From the IMG/VR virus record IMGVR_UViG_3300042876_000344: a stretch of 64,000 nucleotides of DNA; one strand, written 5' to 3'. This DNA is from a virus. Position numbers and translations under genes: made by a program. Below are positions 43,138 through 52,473 of this stretch, in pieces (position 1 is the first letter of the stretch; the number at the start of each line of letters is the position of its first letter). The notes beneath the pieces are model-generated. The model worked only from the letters and a program-made list of their open reading frames with translations, was not told where the DNA came from and ran no database searches.

Positions 43138-44825
43138 TTAAACGTTCCTCGTGTCGTCGCGTCACACGTCGGCGCCGTTGCAGAGGAAAGCTGGGGCTGG
43201 TTGGCAAAAACAACGCGTGTCCCCGCGGCATTGAACACCGACCCGAGAACAATCTGGTCTGAAGAACTCGCCCCGATAAGAATCATGTCTGAGGAGTTGG
43301 CGGCATTCCTCGTCCCAATGAACGTATTGTTATGAATCCTCAGCGGCATGTACCCAGCGGACACGGCCGCCGCATTGGAGAAATCAATACCTACGCCATA
43401 GTCGATGATAGGAGTCCCCACGAAGTTGATACCGTACTGCTGAGGCTTGGCGAAGCTGAACTTCATCGTGTTCTTCACCTTGTGGTTCCAGATCCCGCCG
43501 AACAGGTCAACGGCGTTGATAATCCCAGGGGTTGCGTATGTCTGATCTCCCCCTGTGGTTTCGATCCAGTTCCATTGAGTGATATGGTTCCACGATTCGG
43601 ACTGGAGATAATTCCTCCACTCGTATAGCCCGGTCGCCGTGAGCAAATACCCAAACCCGTTGTCCCATGCGCAGCCAAGCGCCGAAGCATAGCAGGCAGG
43701 AGTCCCCAACTCCAGCGACGTTGAGGCGACGGTATCGATCGCGTAGGACCCGTTTGCGATCGTGACTGGAATAGTGAACGTGTTCGAGCCGGTGGAGGTC
43801 GCCGGGAAATTCCCGCGCAGCGTGGTGTTCGCGCTGGTGATATAAACGCCTTGCTGCGAACGGAGATTGTGCGCCGTCGGCGTTGTTACCGTGCACACGT
43901 TCGAGGAGCAACTAGTGGACGACGTAGACAAGCTGTTGAGATCGCCGATTGTTGTGTCTGCAAAAGATGAGCTATCCAGGAATTGAGCGTATATGCCATG
44001 GTAGGGGGGCCTTGCATCAAACGAGATGAAGCCCTTGCCTGCCTTGATGGAACAGACGTCCTTGTTGCTGGTTCCCAGTATCATCCCGCCGCCGGCTGTG
44101 CCGCCCCAGATGACATAATTATCCAGCATGATCTGGCCGGAGCCGTCGCCGCACCTGGGCGTCGTGGTGATACCTGAACCTTCAACCACCAGGCCATAGC
44201 CATTGGTGTGGTTGGCGATGGTGAAATAGTTCGCGACGAAGTTGTACGTGTCATACAGCCAAAGCCCGGTAGCGGCCCGGTTGTTGGCGTCGAAGGTGAT
44301 TTTCTCCACGCTGGAGTTGAGTTGCGTGTACCCGCCGCTGCTGGAAAACTTAACGATAAATCCGCCGGCTGTTGCGCCAGAGGGATACTTCAACAGCGTC
44401 GAGCCCGTGTCGGAAGACCATGGAGTGCGGCTTCCCTGCCCGACCAAGTGAATATTGTTCTTCGTGATAACCAAGTTTGCAATCATGGCCGTGCCAGCGG
44501 GGAACATGATCGTTCCGCCTGTCGACGGCAGCGCGCTGATGCAGGAAGACAGGGCCGAAGTGTCATCGGTTGAGCCATTGACAGCAAGCCCGCAATCCGT
44601 AGTGGCCCGCAGGAAGGGAATCGAAAAGGACCCAGGCGCAGCATAGTCTGTGCCGGAAACGGCTGCAGCCAAATGCCCGCTCCCGTCGATCTTCGTGATC
44701 GAGCCAGACGATGGCAATGACCCTCCGTTGATCGTTGTCAGTGTGGGCTTGTTCTTGATCTGGGTGTTGTAGTCAACCTGCTGGGCAGGGAGCAAAAGCG
44801 GCAGGAGAATCAGTAGTTTCTTCAT
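43047..44825 (-). CDS. tailspike or depolymerase with pectate-lyase-type beta-helix and signal-like N-terminus
   Basis: MKKLLILLPLLLPAQQ. GSTDDTSALSSCISALPSTGGTIMFPAGT...NNIHLVGQG is typical of pectate_lyase_3-type tailspikes. Confidence 0.8.
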   Translation of the reverse strand: MKKLLILLPLLLPAQQVDYNTQIKNKPTLTTINGGSLPSSGSITKIDGSGHLAAAVSGTDYAAPGSFSIPFLRATTDCGLAVNGSTDDTSALSSCISALPSTGGTIMFPAGTAMIANLVITKNNIHLVGQGSRTPWSSDTGSTLLKYPSGATAGGFIVKFSSSGGYTQLNSSVEKITFDANNRAATGLWLYDTYNFVANYFTIANHTNGYGLVVEGSGITTTPRCGDGSGQIMLDNYVIWGGTAGGGMILGTSNKDVCSIKAGKGFISFDARPPYHGIYAQFLDSSSFADTTIGDLNSLSTSSTSCSSNVCTVTTPTAHNLRSQQGVYITSANTTLRGNFPATSTGSNTFTIPVTIANGSYAIDTVASTSLELGTPACYASALGCAWDNGFGYLLTATGLYEWRNYLQSESWNHITQWNWIETTGGDQTYATPGIINAVDLFGGIWNHKVKNTMKFSFAKPQQYGINFVGTPIIDYGVGIDFSNAAAVSAGYMPLRIHNNTFIGTRNAANSSDMILIGASSSDQIVLGSVFNAAGTRVVFANQPQLSSATAPTCDATTRGTFNYLAGGAGVKDSVQVCGKDAGDSFSWRTLW

Positions 44826-46759
44826 CAGTAAATCGCCCTCACGTCGGCCCCGCTCTCCGGCGCCGCGGTAAATGTCACATTGGTCCCTGACCGGGTGTAC
44901 CCCAGGCCTTCAAACATCATCACTCCATTCCAGAGGACAACCTTCGGTGTCTGGCTGAAGGCGAACGTGGTGGTGACTCCATTCGGCGACGTCGACGACG
45001 ACACCAGCCTCATGTTCGGCGCCGTGCCGCATGTGATCGAACCATCCGTGTTCACCGATGAAACGAAATCACCCGTGCTGCAGGTCTGCGACAGCACTCC
45101 GCCCTTCACTGTCGAACTGGGGGCCGGCAGCCGGGCGCCGTTCAGCGTGCCGCTGGTGATATTCGTAGCGTTTGTGGTGTCCGTAGTGGCGCTGGGGGCG
45201 AATGACGGCCACGTGGATGGCGCTCCGGTGATGATCGGCTGTTTCGTCGCGTCGACGACCGTGATGTTTGCCGATCCGTCGAACAGGACCCCGTTGATTG
45301 TGCGCGCTGTCTGCAGCACGGTTGCGGATCCAGAGTTCCCAGTGATGGTGACGGCCAGGGTGCCACTCAGCGCGTCGGAGCCCCCTTGAATATGCGTACT
45401 CGCGTGGGCGGTCGGAGCCATGGATGTGGGCGCACCGCTAAGTTGCGAGTACCCGACCTGCGTACAGGTAGGAGATCCGGTTGTCGTTGCGGTTGCGTAC
45501 TGGCCGGCGGTGCAGGCCCCGACTCCGGAGTAGGTTCCAGAGGCCTGTTTCGTAGCCAGTCCTGTATCGACATAGGTTTTGACGGCATTCTGTGTGGGGT
45601 ACAGGGCGTTGCTTGCGCCCAGGGCTGTGTTGGTGGACTTGTTCGCCACATTCTCAGCGGTGAACCCTAGCGTCGGCTCATATGGCAGGGCCGGGATATC
45701 GGCCGCGACCAGAGCCCGAAGGGTGGGGGCGCCAGAAACTCCATTCGGCGTGGCATACACGCGATTAGCCAGACCGGTTCCGATTGCCGCCTGGTAATCC
45801 GTGCCAGCAACTGCGGCCGAGAACCCGCCCGTGCCGTTTCCTTTCAGCAGATCCGCGCCAGATGTGGCTGGTGCATAGTCGGTGCCAGCGGCCGCCGAAG
45901 AAAAGCCTCCGGCTCCATTCCCTTTGAGAAGGGCGGAGCCGGAGGTTGCCGGTGCATAGTCAGTGCCGCTCGCTGCCGCCGAAAAGCCACCTGTACCGTT
46001 GCCTTTGAGAATCGCTGTACCCGAAGTCTGAGGCGCGTAGGAGAGCGCCGGGATGTCGCCTGCAACCAGAAGCCGCCACGCCGGAGCGCCGCCGCCGCTC
46101 GCCGGGCCGGCGAACACGTAGTTCTGAAGCGTCGAAGCCAGGCCAATGCCGCCCCGGGAGACAGCCAGCGTACCGGTCCAGCCGAGGGAGTGCGTTGTGC
46201 CCGTCGACGTCAGGGTCACGTTGGTGTCGTTCACGAACGTCTGGACCGGATCAGTCAAGCCGTTGAGGGAGGTAATGCCGGAACCGCCTGCCCCGGTCTG
46301 ATCGGACCCGCAACTGAAGACGTGAGTAGTTGAGTTGTAGAGGAGTTTATCCGTGGTGCCATTGCTGCAACTTGGGAGGACCGACAGGCTGAACGCGCTT
46401 CCGTCGGCGATGGGGACGCCATTCGCAGTGACGCCCCCAAGGGCCGAACGGGCGCGGGCATCGGTGAAGTAGAGGCGAGTGCCTTCAGCGATATCGGTAG
46501 TCGAAGAGGGGATGGTGGGGAATGTGGCGAGGGATAAGTCTCCACGGAGATACTGGCTGGTGGACCCGGTAACAATGGTGCCCTGTTTTCCAGACAAGGC
46601 GTTATTCAGGTCCGTCTGGGCGGAGAGTGTCCCGGTGATTCCACCCCATGTCGCAGATCCCCCCCCACCACCGCCGCCAGTGACACGGTTGGGACCGTCC
46701 ACCTTGGTTTGCGCGGCGAGACCAAAACAAAAAACTACGACGAGTAGCCACCTCACCAT
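44825..46759 (-). CDS. tail fibre protein with signal-like N-terminus and 28-aa tandem repeats
   Basis: MVRWLLVVVFCFGLAAQT. Poly-Gly, then TDLNNALSGKQ fibre motif. Three GTDYAPATSG..LLKGNG.GGFS repeats. Confidence 0.8.
   Translation of the reverse strand: MVRWLLVVVFCFGLAAQTKVDGPNRVTGGGGGGGSATWGGITGTLSAQTDLNNALSGKQGTIVTGSTSQYLRGDLSLATFPTIPSSTTDIAEGTRLYFTDARARSALGGVTANGVPIADGSAFSLSVLPSCSNGTTDKLLYNSTTHVFSCGSDQTGAGGSGITSLNGLTDPVQTFVNDTNVTLTSTGTTHSLGWTGTLAVSRGGIGLASTLQNYVFAGPASGGGAPAWRLLVAGDIPALSYAPQTSGTAILKGNGTGGFSAAASGTDYAPATSGSALLKGNGAGGFSSAAAGTDYAPATSGADLLKGNGTGGFSAAVAGTDYQAAIGTGLANRVYATPNGVSGAPTLRALVAADIPALPYEPTLGFTAENVANKSTNTALGASNALYPTQNAVKTYVDTGLATKQASGTYSGVGACTAGQYATATTTGSPTCTQVGYSQLSGAPTSMAPTAHASTHIQGGSDALSGTLAVTITGNSGSATVLQTARTINGVLFDGSANITVVDATKQPIITGAPSTWPSFAPSATTDTTNATNITSGTLNGARLPAPSSTVKGGVLSQTCSTGDFVSSVNTDGSITCGTAPNMRLVSSSTSPNGVTTTFAFSQTPKVVLWNGVMMFEGLGYTRSGTNVTFTAAPESGADVRAIY
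45794..46045 (-). repeat. three tandem 84-nt (28-aa) coding repeats in the fibre gene
   Basis: About aa 239-322. Visible at DNA level as recurring GGTGCATAGTC(G/A)GTGCC. Confidence 0.75.
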
Positions 46760-47316
46760 ATCTCAGCCTCCAGCGTATCCCCAATCTGCGGGATGTAGCC
46801 AGGCTGCATGGTGATGAGCCCGCCTGAAAACGTATAGCCCGTGCCCTCCCGGAGCTTCAGGCCGTTCAGGAACAAGGACAGATGAACCGTGGATGCCGTG
46901 ACGCCGAACAGGTTGTTCACGCCGTTGATCGTCCCGCTGGGGACCGTCGTCGTGGGCGTCGTGCGCGCCTCTCCCGTGCCGATGCTTTGGCTGCCCACCA
47001 CTGCGCGGATCACGGCGCCGGCCGGCGGAGCGATGCCGAATGTGATTGTGCCGGCCGTCGCGTCTCGGGTGTAGTCGATGACCTCAGTCATCAACAACCC
47101 GCCATTGAAGATCAGGCACTCAGGCAGGGGGGCGACGATGTAGAAGGTTTTGTTTACGCCGTCGATGGTGCCAGTGACGGAGAGGATCTCAGACGAACCG
47201 CTATTGTCGGCAATCCAGGAGAGGTCGGTGTTTCGCGCGAACATCCCGAATGGAATTAGGTTTCGCTTCCGGCAGGCCGCCATGAAGTTCGCAAACGCAA
47301 TCGGTCCATCAGGCAA
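46753..47316 (-). CDS. structural protein with two Ig-like repeats shared with the fibre C-terminus
   Basis: Two copies of the pattern G(T)I(D/N)GVN..F...(F)NG..L....YT....IT. The same pattern ends the 44825-46759 protein. Confidence 0.6.
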   Translation of the reverse strand: MPDGPIAFANFMAACRKRNLIPFGMFARNTDLSWIADNSGSSEILSVTGTIDGVNKTFYIVAPLPECLIFNGGLLMTEVIDYTRDATAGTITFGIAPPAGAVIRAVVGSQSIGTGEARTTPTTTVPSGTINGVNNLFGVTASTVHLSLFLNGLKLREGTGYTFSGGLITMQPGYIPQIGDTLEAEIW

Positions 47317-47319
47317 GTA

Positions 47320-49305
47320 TCAACTCCTCATCATCAGTAGCCGCTTTGCCTTTGATGCCAGCCTTGGGATATGCGTCACCCGACGGCCGACTTCCCGATC
47401 ACGCGCCGCAGCTTCCGCTGCGCGATTCACCTGCACCATCGTACTCGCATTCGCGCCAGGATGGCAAGCCCTATATGCCTCTACCTTGTTTTGAATGAAC
47501 ACGTCACGAGGGAGGGCCTCTTCCGCGAACGCGAAATTATGGACCAGATGAACTGCACTATCCAGTACGTCATCACCGTCCTGCTTCGCCGCCTCTTCCG
47601 TGTTTCCGTCCTTCTCTACCGCCGCCTGAATCCCCTGGATCAGGTTCACGCACTCAGAGAAAATCTGCAGTACCGGCAGTACTTCCTGTTTTATCTCCTC
47701 GATTGAGCGCTTGTACTCGGCGTAGGCTGTCACCCCTTGGGTGTCGATCAGGTATCGCGCCACATTCTCGTCGTAAACCGGGGCCCCAGTCAGAGGCTGC
47801 CAGCGCATGTACTCCCGCATCAGGGTGTAGCCGTGCTTCCGTTTCGCGCCACCGCCGGCCGGAATCAGCGCCAGGGCCACCCTTGCGGAAACTGCCGCAT
47901 ACCGCGCCTGCAGGCTCTCCCATGCTTCCTTCGGCGTCATCCCCTGTTCATCATCGTTCGGGGCGAACGCGAACACCGTGCCGGAGCCGAGCACCGCCTC
48001 CATCCCACGCTTGATCTGATCCGCCTCTGATTCTCTACCATCCCGATGGAAACAGTCGTGAGACAGGTAGACACTCATCGCATGTGATGGCAACGCCTGG
48101 AGATCCTTGTACGCCAACTCCGCAACGTGCGCGCCGGCCTCCATCGTCGATAGCCCGCGGAATTTAGATTCCTTATAGAACACGAGTTGCTTATTCGGTT
48201 TCCAACATGCCAGCGTTACGCCGGAGTCATGGCTGTAGCCCCAGTCGAACCCGATCGCCCGCGGCCACCACGGCGCCAGATAGCAGGGGTCGATGACGTG
48301 GACGGCGTTCTCCGGCTCGCTAGCGTGCCGTGTCTTCCGGAACGTCCTGAAGAATGAGCCAGCCACCACGTCGAAATCGCCCAAGCCCATGCGCTTGTAC
48401 TCGATCTCGTCGAACGTCTTCATCGACTCCAGGTTCTGGATGTACTGGCTGTTCTCTTCCAGGAAGTATGGATTGTCCCAAGCTGTCGAGTGGATGGCCA
48501 GCCGCTTCGTACCGGTGATTGGGCAAACGTAGGGCTTACCGTACGGCCATGGCTCAGCGCCACCGTGCGCGTAGCGGAACCGCTTGTTGATCCAGGGGAC
48601 GCCCGGGCCGTTCGGGTTCAGTGTCAGCATGACTTGGCAACGCATCTCCCGTCCGTACTTCGTGCGGTTGCGTTGCTTCAGTCGGACGTACAGCAGCTCC
48701 GTCTCGATGTGGCTGGCTTCCTCGATCACGATCCGAACGAACTGCTTGCCCATGTACTTCTGGTAGGAGTTCGGATCTGCCAGGTGGCCGAAGTACACAG
48801 CCGCCCCAGACGGGAACTCCACCATCATTGGGTTCTCTTTGCAGTCGGCGCCGAGCTTCTTCGCGATGTCGCTGAACCGGCGGTAGTAGTCGTCGAGGTC
48901 GGTGGCGTTCTTGCGGAGCACCAGCGCCTCGTACTTCGGATGGGCGCAGTACGACACGTCGGCCGGTGTGTCGCCGACTGGGCGGAGGTTCCCCCTCAAT
49001 AGAAAACCAAAGGTTGCTTCCGTCTTCGCCGACCCAGCTCCGCCGAACAGCGCGATCTCGTCGGCATCCGACGTCAACGCCTGCGCCTGCGGGCCAGGCT
49101 TGCAGCGGCAGGGGATTTTGTGCTGGTGGTGGAAGACCCGCTTGCCATCGGGCCCGATGTCGTATCCGGCGCACTTCACGTACCGCCAGGCGATCAGGTC
49201 CTCGTCCTGCGCGGCAACGTGCTGCGCGTACTCCTCGCCTTTGAGGTTGGCAAAGAGGACCTGCGGGGGCGGTGCCTTCTTGACCTTCGAGGAAATGCGG
49301 GCCAT
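47320..49305 (-). CDS. terL: terminase large subunit
   Basis: 661 aa. Walker A-like LFGGAGSAKTE. Walker B-like RIVIEEASH. RNaseH-fold nuclease-like IGFDWGYSHDSG. First gene of the late operon. Confidence 0.8.
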   Translation of the reverse strand: MARISSKVKKAPPPQVLFANLKGEEYAQHVAAQDEDLIAWRYVKCAGYDIGPDGKRVFHHQHKIPCRCKPGPQAQALTSDADEIALFGGAGSAKTEATFGFLLRGNLRPVGDTPADVSYCAHPKYEALVLRKNATDLDDYYRRFSDIAKKLGADCKENPMMVEFPSGAAVYFGHLADPNSYQKYMGKQFVRIVIEEASHIETELLYVRLKQRNRTKYGREMRCQVMLTLNPNGPGVPWINKRFRYAHGGAEPWPYGKPYVCPITGTKRLAIHSTAWDNPYFLEENSQYIQNLESMKTFDEIEYKRMGLGDFDVVAGSFFRTFRKTRHASEPENAVHVIDPCYLAPWWPRAIGFDWGYSHDSGVTLACWKPNKQLVFYKESKFRGLSTMEAGAHVAELAYKDLQALPSHAMSVYLSHDCFHRDGRESEADQIKRGMEAVLGSGTVFAFAPNDDEQGMTPKEAWESLQARYAAVSARVALALIPAGGGAKRKHGYTLMREYMRWQPLTGAPVYDENVARYLIDTQGVTAYAEYKRSIEEIKQEVLPVLQIFSECVNLIQGIQAAVEKDGNTEEAAKQDGDDVLDSAVHLVHNFAFAEEALPRDVFIQNKVEAYRACHPGANASTMVQVNRAAEAAARDREVGRRVTHIPRLASKAKRLLMMRS

Positions 49306-49338
49306 TGCCTACAGCATACACCCAGATCAAATACTCTC

Positions 49339-49368
49339 TTGACTGTGCATATCATATACGAGTATCAT
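49339..49368 (+). promoter_or_regulatory. sigma70-like promoter TTGACT-18 nt-TATCAT, with ATG 7 nt after the -10
   Basis: Lies in the divergent intergenic region between terL and the replication block. Confidence 0.45.
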
Positions 49369-49375
49369 AGTAGCC

Positions 49376-49525
49376 ATGAAATGCTTACGGTGCGGGCACC
49401 AGTGGGTCAAGCGGGTAAAGAACCCGGTGACCTGCCCGAAATGTCGAACTCCCTACTGGCAAAAGCCAAAAAAAGAGAGTACAGTGGGGACAGTTCTCTC
49501 CTCCTCCAGGGGAGGCGGTAAATGA
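49376..49525 (+). CDS. small zinc-ribbon protein (49 aa, not in the track)
   Basis: MKCLRCGHQWVKRVKNPVTCPKCRTPYWQKPKK... has CxxC...CxxC. Stop overlaps the next ATG (ATGA). Confidence 0.5.
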   Translation: MKCLRCGHQWVKRVKNPVTCPKCRTPYWQKPKKESTVGTVLSSSRGGGK

Positions 49526-49869
49526 GCAGACCGTCTCCCCCTTCCCTCCACACCAGCGAAAACAAAGTCGAACGCGACATCATCTGCTTCCTCCAGCAGC
49601 AGACTCCCAACTGGATCATCGACCGGAACCACGTCGGGCTGTTCTTCAACCGCATGGGTACGCCGGTCAAGATCGGTCGGAAAGGCCAGTGCGATTGGCG
49701 AGCGATGCGCGCTGGGCAGTACTTCGAGTTCGAGGTGAAGGCGCCGGGGGAGAAGCCGAAGCCGGCACAGTACGAGTACATGGCGCTGCGCACCCACCAG
49801 GGGATTTTGGTGACGTGGGCCGATTCGCTGGAGATGTTTGAACGGTGGTATAAGGCGGTGGCACTGTGA
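49522..49869 (+). CDS. VRR-NUC-type nuclease
   Basis: GQCDWRAMRAGQYFEFEVKAPGEKPKPAQYEYMALRTHQGILV fits the D...ExK...Q VRR-NUC pattern. Confidence 0.7.
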   Translation: MSRPSPPSLHTSENKVERDIICFLQQQTPNWIIDRNHVGLFFNRMGTPVKIGRKGQCDWRAMRAGQYFEFEVKAPGEKPKPAQYEYMALRTHQGILVTWADSLEMFERWYKAVAL

Positions 49870-50285
49870 CAAGAAAATGGTTCCTCGGCTTGATAGGCCT
49901 CGGGGCGGCAGGGCAGACGACAGTCACAATCTACGCGCCCAAGGATAGGCTCTCTACAGAAAAACCAGTGGACCTGCCCGGAGCCAGTTTGTTCGAGCGC
50001 AACAACGTGACCATCCCGTATCACACGGTCGAACATCAGCCGTACAAGCCCGCCAACGGCGAGTGCCCGGTCTGCGGGACGATGGCGCCGACGTACAGGC
50101 GGATGATGGTCAGTATGGGATTCATGGCCAAATGCAAGCCAACCCCGGGTTATCGCGCGGACGATGTAAGGACTTGGGTTGTGCAGTGCGAGGAGGTTAA
50201 GGATTGGGACGGGCCGCAGTCTCGCACTGTTCGCTGCGCCCACTGCTCGGCGGCGTTCTGGCAGGACGCGGAGGACGTGAAATGA
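49866..50285 (+). CDS. hypothetical Cys-rich protein (GTG start, hydrophobic N-terminus)
   Basis: GTGA coupling. CPVCG...CAHC. Confidence 0.5.
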   Translation: MTRKWFLGLIGLGAAGQTTVTIYAPKDRLSTEKPVDLPGASLFERNNVTIPYHTVEHQPYKPANGECPVCGTMAPTYRRMMVSMGFMAKCKPTPGYRADDVRTWVVQCEEVKDWDGPQSRTVRCAHCSAAFWQDAEDVK

Positions 50286-50542
50286 GTAATCAGAATGGAG
50301 TGTTCCAGTGGCACCCCGGCACAGAGGATGACGGCGGCCACATCGAATGCCGTTCGTCTAGCGGCACAGTGCTGGGGCGAGTCCGCAAGATCCCTAGCCT
50401 CTGCAAGTGGGAGGATATCCCGCACGTCGGCGAGGCGTGGGTGACGCTCCACAAGCTGCACTGGGCCGAGGAAGAGGCAGTGGAGGCAATGGAGCAGTTC
50501 TGGCGCGATGCCGTTGCGACAGTAAAGGAGATGGGCCTATGA
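50282..50542 (+). CDS. hypothetical small protein
   Basis: ATGA coupling. MSNQNGVFQWHPGTEDDGGHIECR... Confidence 0.5.
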   Translation: MSNQNGVFQWHPGTEDDGGHIECRSSSGTVLGRVRKIPSLCKWEDIPHVGEAWVTLHKLHWAEEEAVEAMEQFWRDAVATVKEMGL

Positions 50543-50748
50543 CGCACCATCTCACCTGCAACTGCGGGCGCGTGCTGCATGTGCGCACCTGCTGCGCTGC
50601 CTGCCCTACGTGCCAGATCGTCTACAGGATAACCATTATTTCCCGCCCAATGACGGCACCCGAGCGAGCCGTCGCCGCCGCACAGTTGCGAGGCGAGCGG
50701 CTGCCGGAGCCGGAGCCGACCGTCACGGCGATGGAGGGGCTGCGGTGA
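50539..50748 (+). CDS. hypothetical Cys-rich small protein
   Basis: ATGA coupling. MTHHLTCNCGRVLHVRTCCAACPTCQ... Confidence 0.5.
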   Translation: MTHHLTCNCGRVLHVRTCCAACPTCQIVYRITIISRPMTAPERAVAAAQLRGERLPEPEPTVTAMEGLR

Positions 50749-50897
50749 CCCGCACACCCCTAGCCCCACTCGATGAACGCCCGATCCGCGTCTGGGCGCT
50801 GGTGCAAGCGATGGTGGACCTGTGCCGGCGCCGGAAGCTGAAGCTGCCGGGGAGGCCGGCGGCGGTAAAGGAGCCATGGAGGGTAGCCAAATGGTAA
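50745..50897 (+). CDS. small hypothetical protein (GTG start, 50 aa)
   Basis: GTGA coupling. VTRTPLAPLDERPIRVWALVQAMVDLCRRRK... Confidence 0.35.
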   Translation: MTRTPLAPLDERPIRVWALVQAMVDLCRRRKLKLPGRPAAVKEPWRVAKW

Positions 50898-52273
50898 CCC
50901 TCCGCCCCTACCAGCAGCAGGCAATCGACGGACTCCGCGCCGCCGTGCGGATCGGGCAGCGCCGACCGATCCTGGTGGCTCCAACCGGCAGCGGCAAGAC
51001 TGTCATCGCTGCATCGCTCATCCAGGGCGCCCAGCAGCGCGGCTCGCAGATCCTGTTCATCGCCCATCGACGCGAACTCATCGCGCAGACGTCGCAGAAA
51101 CTCGACGACATCGGCGCCGATCACGGCATCATCCAGGCGGGGAATACAAGAACCAACACCCTCCCCATCCAGGTAGCATCCGTGCAGACCATGAACCGCC
51201 GGGCATCGTGGTTCACGCCGCAGATCATCATCATAGATGAAGCGCACAGAGCACCCTCGGATAGCTATCAAAAGATAGTCAACGAATTCCCCTCCGCCGT
51301 CGTCATCGGCCTGACCGCCACCCCCTGCCGTACTGACGGCCGCGGCCTGGGGACGTTCTTCAACGCGATCGTCGAGTGCCCCGGTGTCGGCGAGCTCACC
51401 CGTATGGGGTTCCTCGTGCCGGCCGTCACCTACAGCCAGGCGCCGCCGAATCTCAAGGGAGTACACAAGCTGGCCGGCGACTACAACAACGACGAACTCG
51501 CAGCCGTGATGAATGAGCGGAAGCTGGTCGGCAACGTCGTCGACCACTGGCGCAAGTATGCCTTCGGCCAGCCCACTATCGTCTTCGCGGTCAACATCGA
51601 ACACTCCCTCGCCATCACGAAGCAATTCCTAGCCGCCGGAATCTCCTGCGAGCACATCGACGGGGGGACACCGAACGAAATCCGCGACGGGGTATTCTCC
51701 CGCGCGCTGGTCGTCAGCAACGTCGGCGTCTACACAGAGGGCACCGACGTGCCCCGTGTCTCCTGCATCGTCATCGCCCGGCCCACCATGTCCGTCGGGC
51801 TCTACCTGCAGATGGCCGGCCGCGGGCTCCGCCCCTCGCCGGGAAAGACAAACTGCATCATCCTGGACCACGGCGGCTGCGCCCGGATGCACGGGCTGGT
51901 CGGCCAGGAGCGCATCTGGACCCTGACGAACTACGCCGGCATCCGCACTGCCAATGGCCCGGCCATCGACGTGCGCGACACCATCAAGGTCTGTCCGAAG
52001 TGTTTGCTGGTCACTGATCGCGAAGCGAAGAAGTGTGAGTGCGGCTACACGTTCTCCGCCGCATCGCTGAAGTCAGTCAGCGGGGAACTGACTGAAGCGA
52101 GGGCCGTTCACATCCCCACGGAAGATGAGAAGAGAAAGGCATACCAAAGAGCACTATGGATCCAACGAACGAAAACCAAGAAGGACGGGAGCCCATACAG
52201 CCCCCTGTTCGCGAAGATGCGGTTCAAGGCGATGTACGGGACGTGGCCGCCGAAGGAGTGGGACAGGATGTGA
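50891..52273 (+). CDS. SF2 DEAD/DEAH-box (ResIII-type) helicase
   Basis: GGAGGG 7 nt before ATG 50891. Motifs LRPYQQQAI, APTGSGKT, IIIDEAHRA, GLTATP and QMAGRGLR. Confidence 0.85.
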   Translation: MVTLRPYQQQAIDGLRAAVRIGQRRPILVAPTGSGKTVIAASLIQGAQQRGSQILFIAHRRELIAQTSQKLDDIGADHGIIQAGNTRTNTLPIQVASVQTMNRRASWFTPQIIIIDEAHRAPSDSYQKIVNEFPSAVVIGLTATPCRTDGRGLGTFFNAIVECPGVGELTRMGFLVPAVTYSQAPPNLKGVHKLAGDYNNDELAAVMNERKLVGNVVDHWRKYAFGQPTIVFAVNIEHSLAITKQFLAAGISCEHIDGGTPNEIRDGVFSRALVVSNVGVYTEGTDVPRVSCIVIARPTMSVGLYLQMAGRGLRPSPGKTNCIILDHGGCARMHGLVGQERIWTLTNYAGIRTANGPAIDVRDTIKVCPKCLLVTDREAKKCECGYTFSAASLKSVSGELTEARAVHIPTEDEKRKAYQRALWIQRTKTKKDGSPYSPLFAKMRFKAMYGTWPPKEWDRM

Positions 52274-52473
52274 GCCCGTTCTACTGGAGCGGGGACATGC
52301 TGATCCTGAAAGAGACTGAACAGATAGTGGGAGAAATCCTGGACCACAGAGGATTATATGCTGTGCGGGTATGGTCAGGATACGCCGGCAGGTGGACTGA
52401 GGTGACGTTCTGGGCGACCCGACAGGCCGCCATGGCTGCTACGGAGAAGCGGTTCATGGAGTGCAAACGATGA
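52270..52473 (+). CDS. small paralog family member P1 (GTG start)
   Basis: VSPFYWSGDMLILKETEQIVGEI...TFWATRQAAMAATEKRF. Clearly similar to the next gene. Confidence 0.5.
   Translation: MSPFYWSGDMLILKETEQIVGEILDHRGLYAVRVWSGYAGRWTEVTFWATRQAAMAATEKRFMECKR

Noticed and set aside
49468-49474. An A7 run inside the small zinc-ribbon ORF as a possible slippery site, since two frames both stay open up to the next gene start
   Set aside because: There is no downstream structure or functional second product. Both frames end within a few nt of each other, so a shift would change little. Probably coincidence.
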